DNA of 56,721 bases, taken from Anaerolineales bacterium. Its GTDB lineage: Bacteria; Chloroflexota; Anaerolineae; Anaerolineales; UBA6668. Shown one piece after another: positions 9,513 through 20,736 of this stretch. Numbering within the stretch: position 1 is the stretch's first letter; every line of letters starts with the position of its first letter. The notes beneath the pieces were generated by a model. That model was given only the letters and a program-made list of their open reading frames with translations, did no database searches and was not told the DNA's origin. A program made the position numbers and the translations under genes. The stretch is taken from contig JAHDBW010000005.1 of the NCBI GenBank assembly GCA_020630175.1, positions 2,279 to 58,999 on the forward strand. Direction: 5' to 3'.

Positions 9513-10274
9513 ATGGATTTGATTACAAGCCGCCAAAACAACACTATCAAGGCAGTTCGTAAGCTGCAATCAAGCCGTAAGGCGCGCCGCCGGGCTGGTC
9601 AATATGTAATTGAAGGCAAGCGGCTGGTTACAGAGGCGCTTGCTGCACAAGTGTCGCTTGCTGCAATTGTGCTGTGCCCTGATTATTTGGCAGAGACAGC
9701 GCCATTTGTGGTGCCGCAAGTGCCAGCGTTGTACGTCACTGCGGATGTGTTTGATAGCTGTTCAGATACAGCGCACGGGCAGGGCGTCCTTGCCATTGTG
9801 GCCGATGTGCGTGCTGCGCCAGTGCACAAGGCATTTGCTTTGGTTGTTGATGGCGTTACAGACCCCGGTAACTTAGGCACAATCTTACGCACTGCGGCTG
9901 CAAGCGGGGTGGATGTTGTGTACCTAAGCCCAAATAGCGTCGACTTTCTAAGTCCCAAGGTGTTGCGGAGTGGGATGGGCGCGCACTTTAGGTTGCCGAT
10001 TGTTGAGGCAGACTGGGCAATGCTAAGCACAGAACTGGCCCAGCATCAGGTTTTGCTGGCTGATGTGGCGGCTGGAACGGCCTATGATGAAGTGGCCGTT
10101 GCCAGTAATGTAGCGCTAATCGTAAGTAGTGAGGCGGATGGGGCAAGTTCGGCCGCCCGCGCGCTGGCATCGGCACTGATTCACATCCCAATGAAAAGTG
10201 ATGTTGAGTCGCTAAATGTGAGCGTAGCGTGTGGCGTGTTGCTGGTGCAATTAATGCGGGCCCGTGGGCGGTAA
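9513..10274 (+). CDS. TrmH/SpoU-family RNA methyltransferase
   Basis: DPGNLGTILRTA, IPM...VESLNVSVA SPOUT motifs. Confidence 0.92.
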   Translation: MDLITSRQNNTIKAVRKLQSSRKARRRAGQYVIEGKRLVTEALAAQVSLAAIVLCPDYLAETAPFVVPQVPALYVTADVFDSCSDTAHGQGVLAIVADVRAAPVHKAFALVVDGVTDPGNLGTILRTAAASGVDVVYLSPNSVDFLSPKVLRSGMGAHFRLPIVEADWAMLSTELAQHQVLLADVAAGTAYDEVAVASNVALIVSSEADGASSAARALASALIHIPMKSDVESLNVSVACGVLLVQLMRARGR

Positions 10275-10378
10275 ATTCGCTAATAAAATCGCTTTGGCTT
10301 ATGTGCCAACTATGATAGAATTTGGCCGGCGAGGACGTATCCTCGCCAGTTTTATGTCTGACTAATAGACAAATGACA

Positions 10379-10465
10379 AACACACTTTCTGACTGGTACG
10401 TCGTTCTAGCTGTTGCTAGTGTCCGGCTGGGTAGACGAAAGTGAACGACAAAACGACGAGGAGCA
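10379..10465 (+). promoter_or_regulatory. Probable rpsB (S2) autogenous leader
   Basis: ACACACTTTC...GAAAGTG pairing upstream of the GAGGAG SD; extended -10 TGaTAGAAT at 10313-10321. Confidence 0.5.
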
Positions 10466-10472
10466 ATCGAAT

Positions 10473-11366
10473 ATGTCTGCTGTTTCCATGAAATCCCTTC
10501 TAGAGACGGGCGTCCACTTTGGGCACCGCACTCGCAAGTGGCACCCGCGCATGAAGCCATATATCTTCACTGAGCGGAACAAAATCCACATTATTGACCT
10601 TCAACAATCAATTAAACAAATTGATGTTGCGTATAACTTAGTACGCGACACTGTTGCTGGTGGTGGCACCATCTTGTTTGTTGGCACTAAACGCCAAGCG
10701 CAAGACGCTATTCAAACCGAAGCCGGCCGTGCAGGCATGCCACACGTAACCACACGCTGGTTAGGTGGCACGCTTACCAACTGGCGCACCATCAAAGAAC
10801 GTATCTCTGAACTAGAACGCCTAGAACGTGGCCGCGACACCGGCGCATGGGATAGCCTAGTTAAGAAAGAACGCTTGATGTTGCAACGCCGCATCGACAA
10901 ATTGGAAGACCGCCTCGGTGGTATCCGCAACATGGGCGACCTGCCGAGCTTGTTGTTTGTTGTAGACGTGCGTCGTGAAGAAAATGCAGTCAAAGAAGCT
11001 AACAAATTGGGTATTCCAGTTGTTGCTATGGTTGACACCAACTGTGACCCATCAACCATCGACTGGGTAATTCCAGCGAATGATGACGCAATCCGCGCAA
11101 TCAAATTGATTGTTGGCACAATGGCAACCGCTGCACTTGAAGGCGAAGCAATGCGCAAAGACGGCGAAGCTGTTGCAACCGGTGGTTCAGAAAGTAAGTC
11201 TAATGAAGTTCACGCACTAGAAAGTGAAGACGATGCTAACTTGCTTGGCGAGTCAACATTGCGTACACTGAACTCAGGCGAACTTGAATTTGAAGACGAT
11301 GCCGCCGCAGCACCAGCTGCAGACGCGCCAGCAGCACCAGCCGCTGACGAAGCCGCATCAGAATAA
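10473..11366 (+). CDS. rpsB: 30S ribosomal protein S2
   Basis: [30 protein letters not shown]; acidic C-terminal tail. Confidence 0.97.
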   Translation: MSAVSMKSLLETGVHFGHRTRKWHPRMKPYIFTERNKIHIIDLQQSIKQIDVAYNLVRDTVAGGGTILFVGTKRQAQDAIQTEAGRAGMPHVTTRWLGGTLTNWRTIKERISELERLERGRDTGAWDSLVKKERLMLQRRIDKLEDRLGGIRNMGDLPSLLFVVDVRREENAVKEANKLGIPVVAMVDTNCDPSTIDWVIPANDDAIRAIKLIVGTMATAALEGEAMRKDGEAVATGGSESKSNEVHALESEDDANLLGESTLRTLNSGELEFEDDAAAAPAADAPAAPAADEAASE

Positions 11367-11449
11367 ATTTCGTTACTAAATTCCATAGAGGGCAGCTTAT
11401 TGGTTGCCCTCTATCCTAAAAAATAAAAAACTAAATAGGAGTACAAAAA

Positions 11450-12043
11450 ATGGCTGTAACAGCTGCTGACGTAAAATCACTGCGCGAACGTACTCAGGCC
11501 GGGATGCTGGACTGCAAAAAAGCGCTCGTTGCCTCAGACGGTGACATTGAAAAAGCAATCGAATTTCTTCGCGAAAAAGGGCTTTCAAAAGTTGCAAAGA
11601 AAGCTGGTCGTGATGCAAATGAAGGTCTTATTGAATCATACATTCACCAAGGTAACCGCGTTGGTGTAATGGTTGAAGTGAACTGCGAAACTGACTTTGT
11701 TGCGCGTTCAGAAGACTTCAAGCAATTTGTGTATGACTTGATGCTGCACATTGCAATGTCAGATCCGCTCTACAAAACAGTAGAAGACGTGCCTGCTGCC
11801 GACCTTGAACGTGAAAAAGAACGCTTCAAGAAAATGGCAATGGAAGAAGGCAAGCCAGAACACATCGCTGAAAAGATTGTGGCTGGTCGGATTGAAAAGT
11901 TCTACCAAGAAACAGTTCTCATGAAGCAAGCGTTTATCAAGGACGAAGATCAAACCGTACTTGACTTGTTGAATAACACAATCGCCACCATTGGCGAGAA
12001 TATGATCATTCAACGCTACGCCCGCTTTGAACTGGGTAAGTAA
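11450..12043 (+). CDS. tsf: Elongation factor Ts, short form
   Basis: LRERTQAGMLDCKKAL, EVNCETDFVA. Confidence 0.97.
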   Translation: MAVTAADVKSLRERTQAGMLDCKKALVASDGDIEKAIEFLREKGLSKVAKKAGRDANEGLIESYIHQGNRVGVMVEVNCETDFVARSEDFKQFVYDLMLHIAMSDPLYKTVEDVPAADLEREKERFKKMAMEEGKPEHIAEKIVAGRIEKFYQETVLMKQAFIKDEDQTVLDLLNNTIATIGENMIIQRYARFELGK

Positions 12044-12051
12044 TTGATGAT

Positions 12052-12080
12052 GGGGTCAACTTCGGTTGGCCCTTTTTTTT
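12052..12080 (+). terminator. Intrinsic terminator after tsf
   Basis: GGGTCAAC-TTCG-GTTGGCCC followed by T8. Confidence 0.85.
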
Positions 12081-12137
12081 GCGTAAATTTAGAGCGTAAC
12101 CCGAGCGTTTCGCAGCGAACTCTTATCACTAGCTTGA

Positions 12138-12878
<741 letters not shown>

Positions 12879-13098
12879 CCTAAACGCCGCAAAGCTTGTT
12901 AATTCATTGGCTAGAAGCCATCTTTTTGAATGGTGAGACTTGCGGCGTGACTTCGTTCAGTGTATTCTAGTGTCGCTGACTGAGTCTGTCTCACCTCACT
13001 AAAGAAGAACAAGCCCCACGTCAGAAATTAGTGTGTGCCTGCATTTGAATGCCACGCACAGATACACTTACCCAAAAAAGTAATTAAGGAGTAATACT

Positions 13099-13656
13099 AT
13101 GGTTCAAGATGCATTAGATGATGCTAAAGAGCGTATGCAAGCCGCCATCCGTGTGCTGAAAGATGCCTTGACGGGCGTTCGCACTGGGCGGGCAGCTCCT
13201 TCCTTAGTAGACCGAATCGACGTTGAATATTACGGTGTGCCAACCCCACTGCAACAAATTGCAGGTATTTCTGTTCCAGAACCACGTGTTTTGGCAATCC
13301 GTCCGTTTGATCAATCATCACTAAAAGAAATTGAACGGGCAATTTTCGCATCAGATTTGGGGCTTACCCCAAGCAATGATGGGAAAGTCATCCGCCTAAT
13401 TTTGCCGATGCTAACTGAAGACCGCCGCCGCGACCTGATCAAGGTGAGTGGGGCGCGGGTAGAAGATGCTCGGATTGCGGTGCGCAATATTCGGCGTGAT
13501 GTATTGAATGATCTGCGTGATTTTGAAAAAGAAAAGATGATCACCGAAGATGACCTCTCACGCGGTCAAAAGAAAGTACAAGAGCTAACCGACTCAATCA
13601 TCAATGAGATGAACGAAATCGGGAAACGCAAAGAAGAAGAGATTATGCAGGTTTAA
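13099..13656 (+). CDS. frr: Ribosome recycling factor
   Basis: VRTGRA, YYGVPTPL, LGLTPSNDG, AVRNIRRD. Confidence 0.97.
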   Translation: MVQDALDDAKERMQAAIRVLKDALTGVRTGRAAPSLVDRIDVEYYGVPTPLQQIAGISVPEPRVLAIRPFDQSSLKEIERAIFASDLGLTPSNDGKVIRLILPMLTEDRRRDLIKVSGARVEDARIAVRNIRRDVLNDLRDFEKEKMITEDDLSRGQKKVQELTDSIINEMNEIGKRKEEEIMQV

Positions 13657-13683
13657 TCCCCTGTATTAGATATTCCTAGCGAG

Positions 13684-14436
13684 TTGCAATTGCACGTTAA
13701 ACAAAAAACAAAGGCACCTGAACCGTTGACAGAACAGAGATCGGCCAAGCATGTTGCTATCATTATGGATGGCAATGGGCGTTGGGCAAAACAACGTGGC
13801 TTGCCGCGGTTAGCGGGACACCGCGCTGGAACTGATAACTTACGCCGCATTATTGAAGCGTGTGTTGAGTTTGGTATTAAGCGTCTGACGATTTACGCCT
13901 TTTCCACAGAAAATTGGAAACGACCGAAGCTTGAAGTACGCGGCCTAATGCGTATTCTTGAAGAAGTGTTGGATAACCAACTCCAAGAGCTGCACGAAAA
14001 TAACGTGCAAATTCGCCATATTGGTCGCACTGATGGCTTGAGTGAACGCCTAGCAGGCAAAGTACAGTCTGCAACAGCGTATACAGCTAATAATGACGGG
14101 TTGATTTTGAATGTCGCATTTAATTATGGTGGGCGTGATGAAATCGTACATGCCGTACGCCGGATTGTTGCGGAAGGCTATCGCCCAGAAGATATTACAG
14201 AAGAAACCATCAATCGGTATTTATTTACCGCTGGCCAACCTGACCCAGATCTAATTATTCGGACGAGCGGCGAAATCCGCGTGAGTAATTTCTTGATTTG
14301 GCAAGGGGCATACTCTGAATGGCACTTTACAAACTTGTACTGGCCAGAGTTTACGCCTGAAGAACTCCGCAAAGCACTGGATATGTACCAAACGCGTGAA
14401 AGACGGTTTGGCCTAATCTCTGAGCAAGTGTCCTAG
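13684..14436 (+). CDS. uppS: Undecaprenyl diphosphate synthase
   Basis: [39 protein letters not shown]. Confidence 0.96.
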   Translation: MQLHVKQKTKAPEPLTEQRSAKHVAIIMDGNGRWAKQRGLPRLAGHRAGTDNLRRIIEACVEFGIKRLTIYAFSTENWKRPKLEVRGLMRILEEVLDNQLQELHENNVQIRHIGRTDGLSERLAGKVQSATAYTANNDGLILNVAFNYGGRDEIVHAVRRIVAEGYRPEDITEETINRYLFTAGQPDPDLIIRTSGEIRVSNFLIWQGAYSEWHFTNLYWPEFTPEELRKALDMYQTRERRFGLISEQVS

Positions 14437-14457
14437 CAAGGACTAACTGCAACATCC

Positions 14458-15270
14458 ATGTTAAAAGATCGCTTGCTGGTTGCGGCAATGCTGGTGCCTA
14501 TTGCTACCATCCTAATGTGGCTTGGCGGCTTGCCTTACCAGATTGCCATCTGGGCCTTGCTGGGCGTTGGCGCATATGAATATGCGCGTATGGTGCCTGA
14601 CCTGCGCGGTGATTATGCGGCTATCGCGTTGCCAATTGGCGTATTAGCCCTAGCGATTGTAAATACGCGCATGCCGTATTACACCAACGTTACAACCGTG
14701 CTGGTGCTTTTTGGCATCACTGTGCTTTACTTACGCCGCTATGAGCAAGGGCACCCATCATTGCATGGCTGGGCCTTCATGATTGCAGGCGTGTTCTACA
14801 TTGGCGTGCTAGGCAGCTATCTAGCGTCTATCCGTGGGCTAGACGCGGGGCGCAGTTGGACGTTTCTAATGTTGTTTGCGGTGTGGGTGGCTGATAGTGC
14901 TGCTTATGCGGCAGGCCGCACGTTTGGCAAGCATAAACTGGTGCCTAGGCTAAGCCCCAATAAAACTTGGGAAGGCCTAATTGGCTCCCTGATTATTACA
15001 ACGCTGTTTGGCGTGTTGTGGGCGTGGCTTTGGCCGCAAATTAGTGCTGGTGCGGCATTTTCATGGCAAGCGGGCGCGCTGGTTGGATTTCTAGTTGCGC
15101 TAATTAGTCCGTTTGGCGATTTAGCGATGTCGATGTTAAAGCGTCAGGTGGCGGTAAAAGATACCGGAACACTAATGGGTGCGCACGGTGGCGTGCTAGA
15201 TCGGATCGATTCTTGGTTACTCGCTGCGCCGCTTGTATTCTTTTTAATTAGCCTGAATCTTTTGAGTTGA
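14458..15270 (+). CDS. cdsA: Phosphatidate cytidylyltransferase
   Basis: SPNKTWEG, KRQVAVKDTG...HGGVLDRIDS. Confidence 0.95.
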   Translation: MLKDRLLVAAMLVPIATILMWLGGLPYQIAIWALLGVGAYEYARMVPDLRGDYAAIALPIGVLALAIVNTRMPYYTNVTTVLVLFGITVLYLRRYEQGHPSLHGWAFMIAGVFYIGVLGSYLASIRGLDAGRSWTFLMLFAVWVADSAAYAAGRTFGKHKLVPRLSPNKTWEGLIGSLIITTLFGVLWAWLWPQISAGAAFSWQAGALVGFLVALISPFGDLAMSMLKRQVAVKDTGTLMGAHGGVLDRIDSWLLAAPLVFFLISLNLLS

Positions 15271-15295
15271 CTTGCATTTTTTAGGGTGCTACAAT
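15267..15295 (+). promoter_or_regulatory. Sigma70-type promoter of rho
   Basis: TTGACT-17 nt-TACAAT. Confidence 0.75.
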
Positions 15296-15499
15296 CTTTC
15301 TAGATTTGCTCTTACGTAGTAAGCCACAGCAAATCACTTGTTCCTTTACCCACATAACGATAAAAGTACGAACAATACGTTTTTTGCAGATTTCGTCACT
15401 ATCTGACGCATTTGCATTATCTTGCTTATTTTGCAACTGATACCCAATTCACGCCTGTATTTGGCATTCCCATCATATTAAATTTGTCTGGACTGAAAA

Positions 15500-16834
15500 T
15501 TGAAAACTCGAAACGCTGCTAACTCTGATCGCCAGCCCTCTGGTCGCTATGAAAAAATGGAGATCGCTGGATTGGAAGCCCAAACGCTTAGCCAATTACG
15601 CGGTAAGGCCAAAGAAATGGATGTTGCTGGCTATAGCCGGCTCAAGAAAGAAGACTTGATTTTGCAATTGCTGCGCGCAAATGCAGAGCGTCAAGGCCTT
15701 AAGCTGCGCGGTGGCGTCCTTGAAATTGTTGAAGACGGCATCGGCTTCCTGCGTGCCTCTAACTATTTGCCGGGACCAGAAGATATTTATGTGAGCCAAT
15801 CGCAAATTCGCCGGTTTGGCTTGCGTACGGGTGACATGGTAATTGGTCAGGTGCGACCACCAAAAGACTCAGAAAAATATTTCGGCTTGATCCGCGTAGA
15901 AGCTGTGAACGGTCTTGACCCAGAGCAAGCAAAACGCCGCCGTAATTTTGAGCATCTAACGCCGATTTTCCCAGAAGATCGTTTCAACCTAGAAACAGAT
16001 CGTTTCACACTCTCTACCCGGATGCTTAACCTAATTGCACCAATTGGGATGGGGCAACGTGGGTTGATTGTTTCTCCACCAAAGTCTGGTAAAACCACAG
16101 TTCTCAAAGAAGTTGCCAATGCAATTTCCCGTAACTATCCTGGTGTGCACCTGATGGTGGCGTTGATTGGTGAGCGTCCTGAAGAAGTAACAGATATGGA
16201 CCGCTCAGTAGACGCAGAAGTAATTGCCTCTACATTTGATGAGCCAGTCAAGTCTCACGTGCGCGTGGCAGAAATGGTGCTAGAGCGGGCAAAACGCTTG
16301 GTAGAAACTGGGCGCGATGTTGTCATTCTGATGGACTCAATTACCCGTCTTTCACGGGCCTACAACTTAGTGGTAACCCCATCTGGCCGGACATTGTCTG
16401 GTGGTTTGGATCCTGCGGCGTTATACCCACCAAAACGCTTTTTTGGTGCCGCGCGTAATATTGAAGACGGTGGCTCACTAACCATTGTCGCAACGTGTTT
16501 GGTTGATACTGGCTCTCGGATGGACGATATGGTCTATGAAGAGTTCAAAGGTACCGGTAACATGGAACTGCACTTGTCACGTAAGTTGCAAGAACGTCGG
16601 GTCTTCCCAGCCTTCAATATTGAACGCTCTTCAACGCGTCGTGAAGAATTGCTGCTTGGGCCAGATATTACGCCACGCGTTTGGCTCATGCGTCGCATGT
16701 ACGGCCAAATGACCTCACAGCCGCCAACCGGGGCTGGGATGGATCAAATCCAAGCAACCGAAGCCGTTATGAATCAAATGCGGCAAACCGATAACAATTA
16801 CGAATTCCTAGAACAGCTAGGGAAGATGAAATAA
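15500..16834 (+). CDS. rho: Transcription termination factor Rho
   Basis: DIYVSQSQIRRFGLRTGD, GQRGLIVSPPKSGKT, EFKGTGNMEL. Confidence 0.98.
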   Translation: MKTRNAANSDRQPSGRYEKMEIAGLEAQTLSQLRGKAKEMDVAGYSRLKKEDLILQLLRANAERQGLKLRGGVLEIVEDGIGFLRASNYLPGPEDIYVSQSQIRRFGLRTGDMVIGQVRPPKDSEKYFGLIRVEAVNGLDPEQAKRRRNFEHLTPIFPEDRFNLETDRFTLSTRMLNLIAPIGMGQRGLIVSPPKSGKTTVLKEVANAISRNYPGVHLMVALIGERPEEVTDMDRSVDAEVIASTFDEPVKSHVRVAEMVLERAKRLVETGRDVVILMDSITRLSRAYNLVVTPSGRTLSGGLDPAALYPPKRFFGAARNIEDGGSLTIVATCLVDTGSRMDDMVYEEFKGTGNMELHLSRKLQERRVFPAFNIERSSTRREELLLGPDITPRVWLMRRMYGQMTSQPPTGAGMDQIQATEAVMNQMRQTDNNYEFLEQLGKMK

Positions 16835-16862
16835 CGTCTGTTCTTTGTTAGAAGATATTACG

Positions 16863-16891
16863 AAAACGGCTTGCCTATGCAGGCCGTTTTT
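16863..16891 (+). terminator. Intrinsic terminator after rho
   Basis: AAAACGGCTTGC-CTAT-GCAGGCCGTTTTT. Confidence 0.8.
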
Positions 16892-17012
16892 GCTATCTAC
16901 TCAGTAGCACGCTGACTCCACGGACGGGCTACTCAATGTAGACTATTTACAGTAATTTGACGCAGTAGCGAGTATGATTTGCCAGTAAAACTATCGTTGC
17001 GTTTAAATTTAT

Positions 17013-18185
17013 ATGACAGAAACTCCAACCACTGACCCTGTAACTGAAGAGACCACGCTGCTCAATCGTGTATTGGCATTAGGCGGCGTTGGCCGCCGTT
17101 ATTTGCCGCACACCGCCTTATTGATGAGTGCTCTGGCCGTTTTATTCTTTATCCGGCTTGATCCCATTGGGCGCGTGCAGGCGCTTGATCTGCAAACAGC
17201 ACCACAGGTTGAAGCGACCAATAGTCCAGAAGATGAGCAAGATACGCTTATTTTTGCAACTCCGGTTGCGTCAGGACCAGAAGCCAATGCCAACGCAGAT
17301 GCCATTATTGTGCGCGATGTTGATCCGATTACAAATATTCCGGCGCGGGCACGGACAGCACCGATTGCTTACCAAGTTCAACCGGGCGATAGCTTGTATG
17401 GCATTGCTGAAAAGCATGGCTTGAATGCGGAAACAATTCTATGGAGTAATGTTGGCGTCTTAGCGGATGATCCGCATAACCTAAATCCGGGGCAAGAGTT
17501 GCTAATTCCACCAACGGATGGGGTGTTGCACTTAGTCCAAGAGGCAGATGGGATCAATGGTGTTGCGAAGGGGCTCAATGTTGATATCGCGACCCTAATT
17601 GATTATGAAGGCAATGATATTGATAAAGAAGAGCCAGAACTTATTCCCGGCACGTATGTAATGGCCGTTGGTGGCTGGCGTGACCTGAAAATTCCGGGGC
17701 CAGTTCTGCAAGAAACTACGCAAACAACTTCAACCGGTCAAAAAATCTTCCGCGCATTTTGGAGCTCTGCTGGCTCTGGCGCTTGTGCTGGTGAAGGCAG
17801 CTACCGTGGCCCAATTGGCAACACATCTTTTGTCTGGCCAGCGAACAACCGCTCGATCTCGGGTTATAACTACTCCGGTGTGCACCAAGGGCTAGATATT
17901 GCAGCTGGGATTGGCGATCCAATTTATACATCTGACAACGGCGTGGTTGTATTCTCTGGTTGGAGCCACTGGGGCTATGGCAACATGGTTGTTGTGGATC
18001 ATGGTAACGGCTTCCAATCGGTCTATGCTCACCTTTCACAGATCAACGTTGGCTGTGGGCAGGGCGTTTCACAGGGTGGGCTAATTGGGTTAGCTGGCAG
18101 CACGGGTAACTCTAGCGGACCGCATTTGCACTATGAAATCCTATTCAATGGCGCGCGTCAGAACCCGTGGTCATACTTGCAATAG
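17013..18185 (+). CDS. Membrane-anchored LysM + M23 peptidase
   Basis: TM segment; YQVQPGDSLYGIA; HQGLD and GPHLHYE. Confidence 0.9.
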   Translation: MTETPTTDPVTEETTLLNRVLALGGVGRRYLPHTALLMSALAVLFFIRLDPIGRVQALDLQTAPQVEATNSPEDEQDTLIFATPVASGPEANANADAIIVRDVDPITNIPARARTAPIAYQVQPGDSLYGIAEKHGLNAETILWSNVGVLADDPHNLNPGQELLIPPTDGVLHLVQEADGINGVAKGLNVDIATLIDYEGNDIDKEEPELIPGTYVMAVGGWRDLKIPGPVLQETTQTTSTGQKIFRAFWSSAGSGACAGEGSYRGPIGNTSFVWPANNRSISGYNYSGVHQGLDIAAGIGDPIYTSDNGVVVFSGWSHWGYGNMVVVDHGNGFQSVYAHLSQINVGCGQGVSQGGLIGLAGSTGNSSGPHLHYEILFNGARQNPWSYLQ

Positions 18186-18294
18186 AGGCGAGCAAATCTA
18201 AGCCCTTTTCTTATTGGGGCAAAGCTTCTAAAATGTGTCGGCTCTTGGCATAATTGCCAGCCAACATTTTACGCAAATTGCACTTACTAGTTTT

Positions 18295-18957
18295 ATGAAA
18301 TTATCAATCATCATGCCTGTGTTCAACGAGGCAGACACCATTCACGCGATTATCGAAAAAGTGCGTGAACTGCCAATGCCGTTTGAATTAGTGTTGGTCA
18401 ATGACGCATCGTCTGATGGGTCTGGTGCGATTTTAGATACCTATGGCGCAGATGAAGGCGTTGTGGTGTTGCATCATGATGTCAACCGTGGCAAGGGTGC
18501 GGCGTTGGCAACGGCGCTGAAGGCCGCAAGTGGCGATGTCGCCGTCATTCAAGATGCAGATCTTGAATACGATCCGCAAGACTTTGTGCAAATGCTGGCA
18601 ACAATTGAAACCGGCAATACAGATGTGGTGTATGGCGTACGTGACTTAGCCAGCCAAAAAGTAATTATGCGCTTCGGGAATAACCTGATGAGCTGGATTA
18701 CAAGCGTGCTGTATGGCACCCGCTTGCATGACATGGAAACTTGCTACAAGATGATGACACGCAAAGCATTTGAGCCGCTCAACTTAGAGTGTAAGCGGTT
18801 TGATGTTGAAGCAGAAATCACCGCAAAGCTGCTCAAAGCTGGCCACAAAATTGTAGAACAGCCTATTCACTACGAAGCCCGCTACGAAAACAAAAAGCTT
18901 TCGCCGCTAGATGGCTTGCCAACCTTGTGGGCATTGCTCAAATACAGGTTCTCATAA
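18295..18957 (+). CDS. Glycosyltransferase family 2 (DPM1-like)
   Basis: MKLSIIMPVFNE, VNDASSDG, QDADLEYDP, DMETCYK. Confidence 0.92.
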   Translation: MKLSIIMPVFNEADTIHAIIEKVRELPMPFELVLVNDASSDGSGAILDTYGADEGVVVLHHDVNRGKGAALATALKAASGDVAVIQDADLEYDPQDFVQMLATIETGNTDVVYGVRDLASQKVIMRFGNNLMSWITSVLYGTRLHDMETCYKMMTRKAFEPLNLECKRFDVEAEITAKLLKAGHKIVEQPIHYEARYENKKLSPLDGLPTLWALLKYRFS

Positions 18958-18965
18958 ACACACAC

Positions 18966-18993
18966 AAAGCCGATCAATTGATCGGCTTTTTCT
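18966..18993 (+). terminator. Intrinsic terminator
   Basis: AAAGCCGATC-AATT-GATCGGCTTTTT. Confidence 0.8.
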
Positions 18994-19081
18994 TTCCCTG
19001 ATCTTATATTCACACTGAAGGCTGCATTGCATGTGCGGCGTTCAAGACCAGTGCTTTACGGGGAGCCCGAGCAAGCAGCGC

Positions 19082-19195
19082 TTGAAAATTGGAATTATGT
19101 TTACGGCACTAGGCCAGGGTGGCCTTGCTGAGTATAAAAAACGCTTTATTTATCACGTAGCAGAACGTTGCGTTATCCAGACTCAGGTTACATAA
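19082..19195 (+). pseudogene. Possible 5' remnant of a GT-B (GT4) glycosyltransferase
   Basis: TTG-initiated 37 codons, MKIGIMFTALGQGGLAEY..., then stop. Confidence 0.3.
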
Positions 19196-19277
19196 GCGTT
19201 GTTGGCAATAAGCATGGGGTTTGCAGACACACAATTGGCATAGACTGCCACAACTTGATCACTGATATACTGCCCAT

Positions 19278-20693
19278 ATGGATCTGTTTGACTACGCACA
19301 TAAAGAACGAATGACGAATGAAGCGCCGTTGGCGGCCCGTATGCGCCCACGTACGCTCGATGAATTTATTGGCCAAGCGCATGTGATTGGTGAAGGGCGC
19401 TTATTGCGCCGCGCCATCAAGGCCGACCGCTTATTCTCCTCATTGTTGTTTTGGGGACCGCCGGGCGTTGGCAAAACAACTCTGGCTAAACTGATCTCAC
19501 GGCATACAAAGGCGCACTTTGCCACGCTAAGCGCGGTGCTAGATGGCGTGCCAGCGTTACGGGAGCAAATCAAGCTCGCGAAAGATCGGCGTAAAATGCA
19601 TAATCAGCGCACTTTGCTGTTTGTAGACGAAGTGCACCGTTGGAGCAAATCGCAGCAAGATGCATTGTTGCCGCACGTTGAAAACGGCACCTTTGTGTTG
19701 ATTGGCGCGACAACCGAAAACCCATACTTTGAAGTGAATGGGGCGCTGGTCTCGCGCTCACGTGTTTTTCAGCTAGAGCAGCTAACCCAAGCAGATATGG
19801 CAAATATCCTGCGGCAGGCGCTAACGGACAAAGAGCGCGGCTATGGTACGCGCCAAATACAGATAGATGAAGACGCGTTTACACATCTTGTGCAGATTGC
19901 AGACGGCGATGCCCGTAATGCGCTGAACGCGCTTGAACTCGCCGTGGAGAGTACCGACCCTAGTGCTGCTGGTGTCATTCATATCACGCTAGATGTGGCG
20001 CAAGAGTCTATTCAGCGCCGGGCAGTGTTGTATGACAAAGATGGCGATGCCCACTACGACACAATCAGTGCCTTTATCAAGTCGGTGCGCGGGTCTGACC
20101 CGGATGCGGCGCTGTATTGGTTGGCAAAGATGCTCTATGCCGGTGAAACGCCACGGTTCATTATGCGCCGCTTGCTTATTTTGGCCTCAGAAGATATTGG
20201 CTTAGCAGATCCGAACGCGCTGGTTGTGGTAAGTGCGGCAATGCAATCTTTAGAGTTTATCGGGATGCCAGAAGGTATATTCCCGCTTTCACAGGCAACG
20301 TTATATTTGGCAACGGCGGCAAAATCTAATACCACGACGCACTACTTTAAGGCGTTTGAGCGCGTCTCAAAAATGGGGCAATTGGATGTGCCGCGTCATT
20401 TACAAGATTCGAACCGAGACGGCAAGGCGCTTGGGCATGGACAAGGGTATGTTTATCCGCATGATCAGCCAGAGAACTGGGCTCCCCAACAGTATTTGCC
20501 AGAAACCCTGTTAGGAACATATTTCTATAACCCAACTGGGCAAGGGTATGAGGCCGATATCAAAGACCGCTTAGCCGCGTGGCGCGACGCCCAGCGTGAT
20601 GCCTTAGGTATTGAACGTGAAGAGCATATTGCTGATTACTCAGAAGAAGGCCTTGTTAATATAAAACGCACACATGGCAGCGCATTGCGCTAA
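19278..20693 (+). CDS. rarA: Replication-associated recombination protein A (AAA+ ATPase)
   Basis: [56 protein letters not shown]. Confidence 0.96.
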   Translation: MDLFDYAHKERMTNEAPLAARMRPRTLDEFIGQAHVIGEGRLLRRAIKADRLFSSLLFWGPPGVGKTTLAKLISRHTKAHFATLSAVLDGVPALREQIKLAKDRRKMHNQRTLLFVDEVHRWSKSQQDALLPHVENGTFVLIGATTENPYFEVNGALVSRSRVFQLEQLTQADMANILRQALTDKERGYGTRQIQIDEDAFTHLVQIADGDARNALNALELAVESTDPSAAGVIHITLDVAQESIQRRAVLYDKDGDAHYDTISAFIKSVRGSDPDAALYWLAKMLYAGETPRFIMRRLLILASEDIGLADPNALVVVSAAMQSLEFIGMPEGIFPLSQATLYLATAAKSNTTTHYFKAFERVSKMGQLDVPRHLQDSNRDGKALGHGQGYVYPHDQPENWAPQQYLPETLLGTYFYNPTGQGYEADIKDRLAAWRDAQRDALGIEREEHIADYSEEGLVNIKRTHGSALR

Positions 20694-20736
20694 ACACGTG
20701 TGCGTTTAGAAGTCTAGGTTGTGGATTGGGGCGGCG

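Noticed and set aside
12925-13030. Glycine or ZTP riboswitch resemblance upstream of frr
   Set aside because: Core consensus motifs do not match, so it is kept only as an unclassified structure.
16905-16935. GCTGACTCC-AC-GGACGGG resembling the 5' end of a c-di-AMP (ydaO) riboswitch before a LysM-M23 gene
   Set aside because: The downstream conserved elements of the aptamer are absent.
19105-19135. TPP-riboswitch-like GG...GCTGAG
   Set aside because: No ACCC/CCTGAT core follows, and the context is unrelated.
19160-19176. LexA box (GAAC-N4-GTTC) upstream of rarA
   Set aside because: The spacing and the second half-site do not match.
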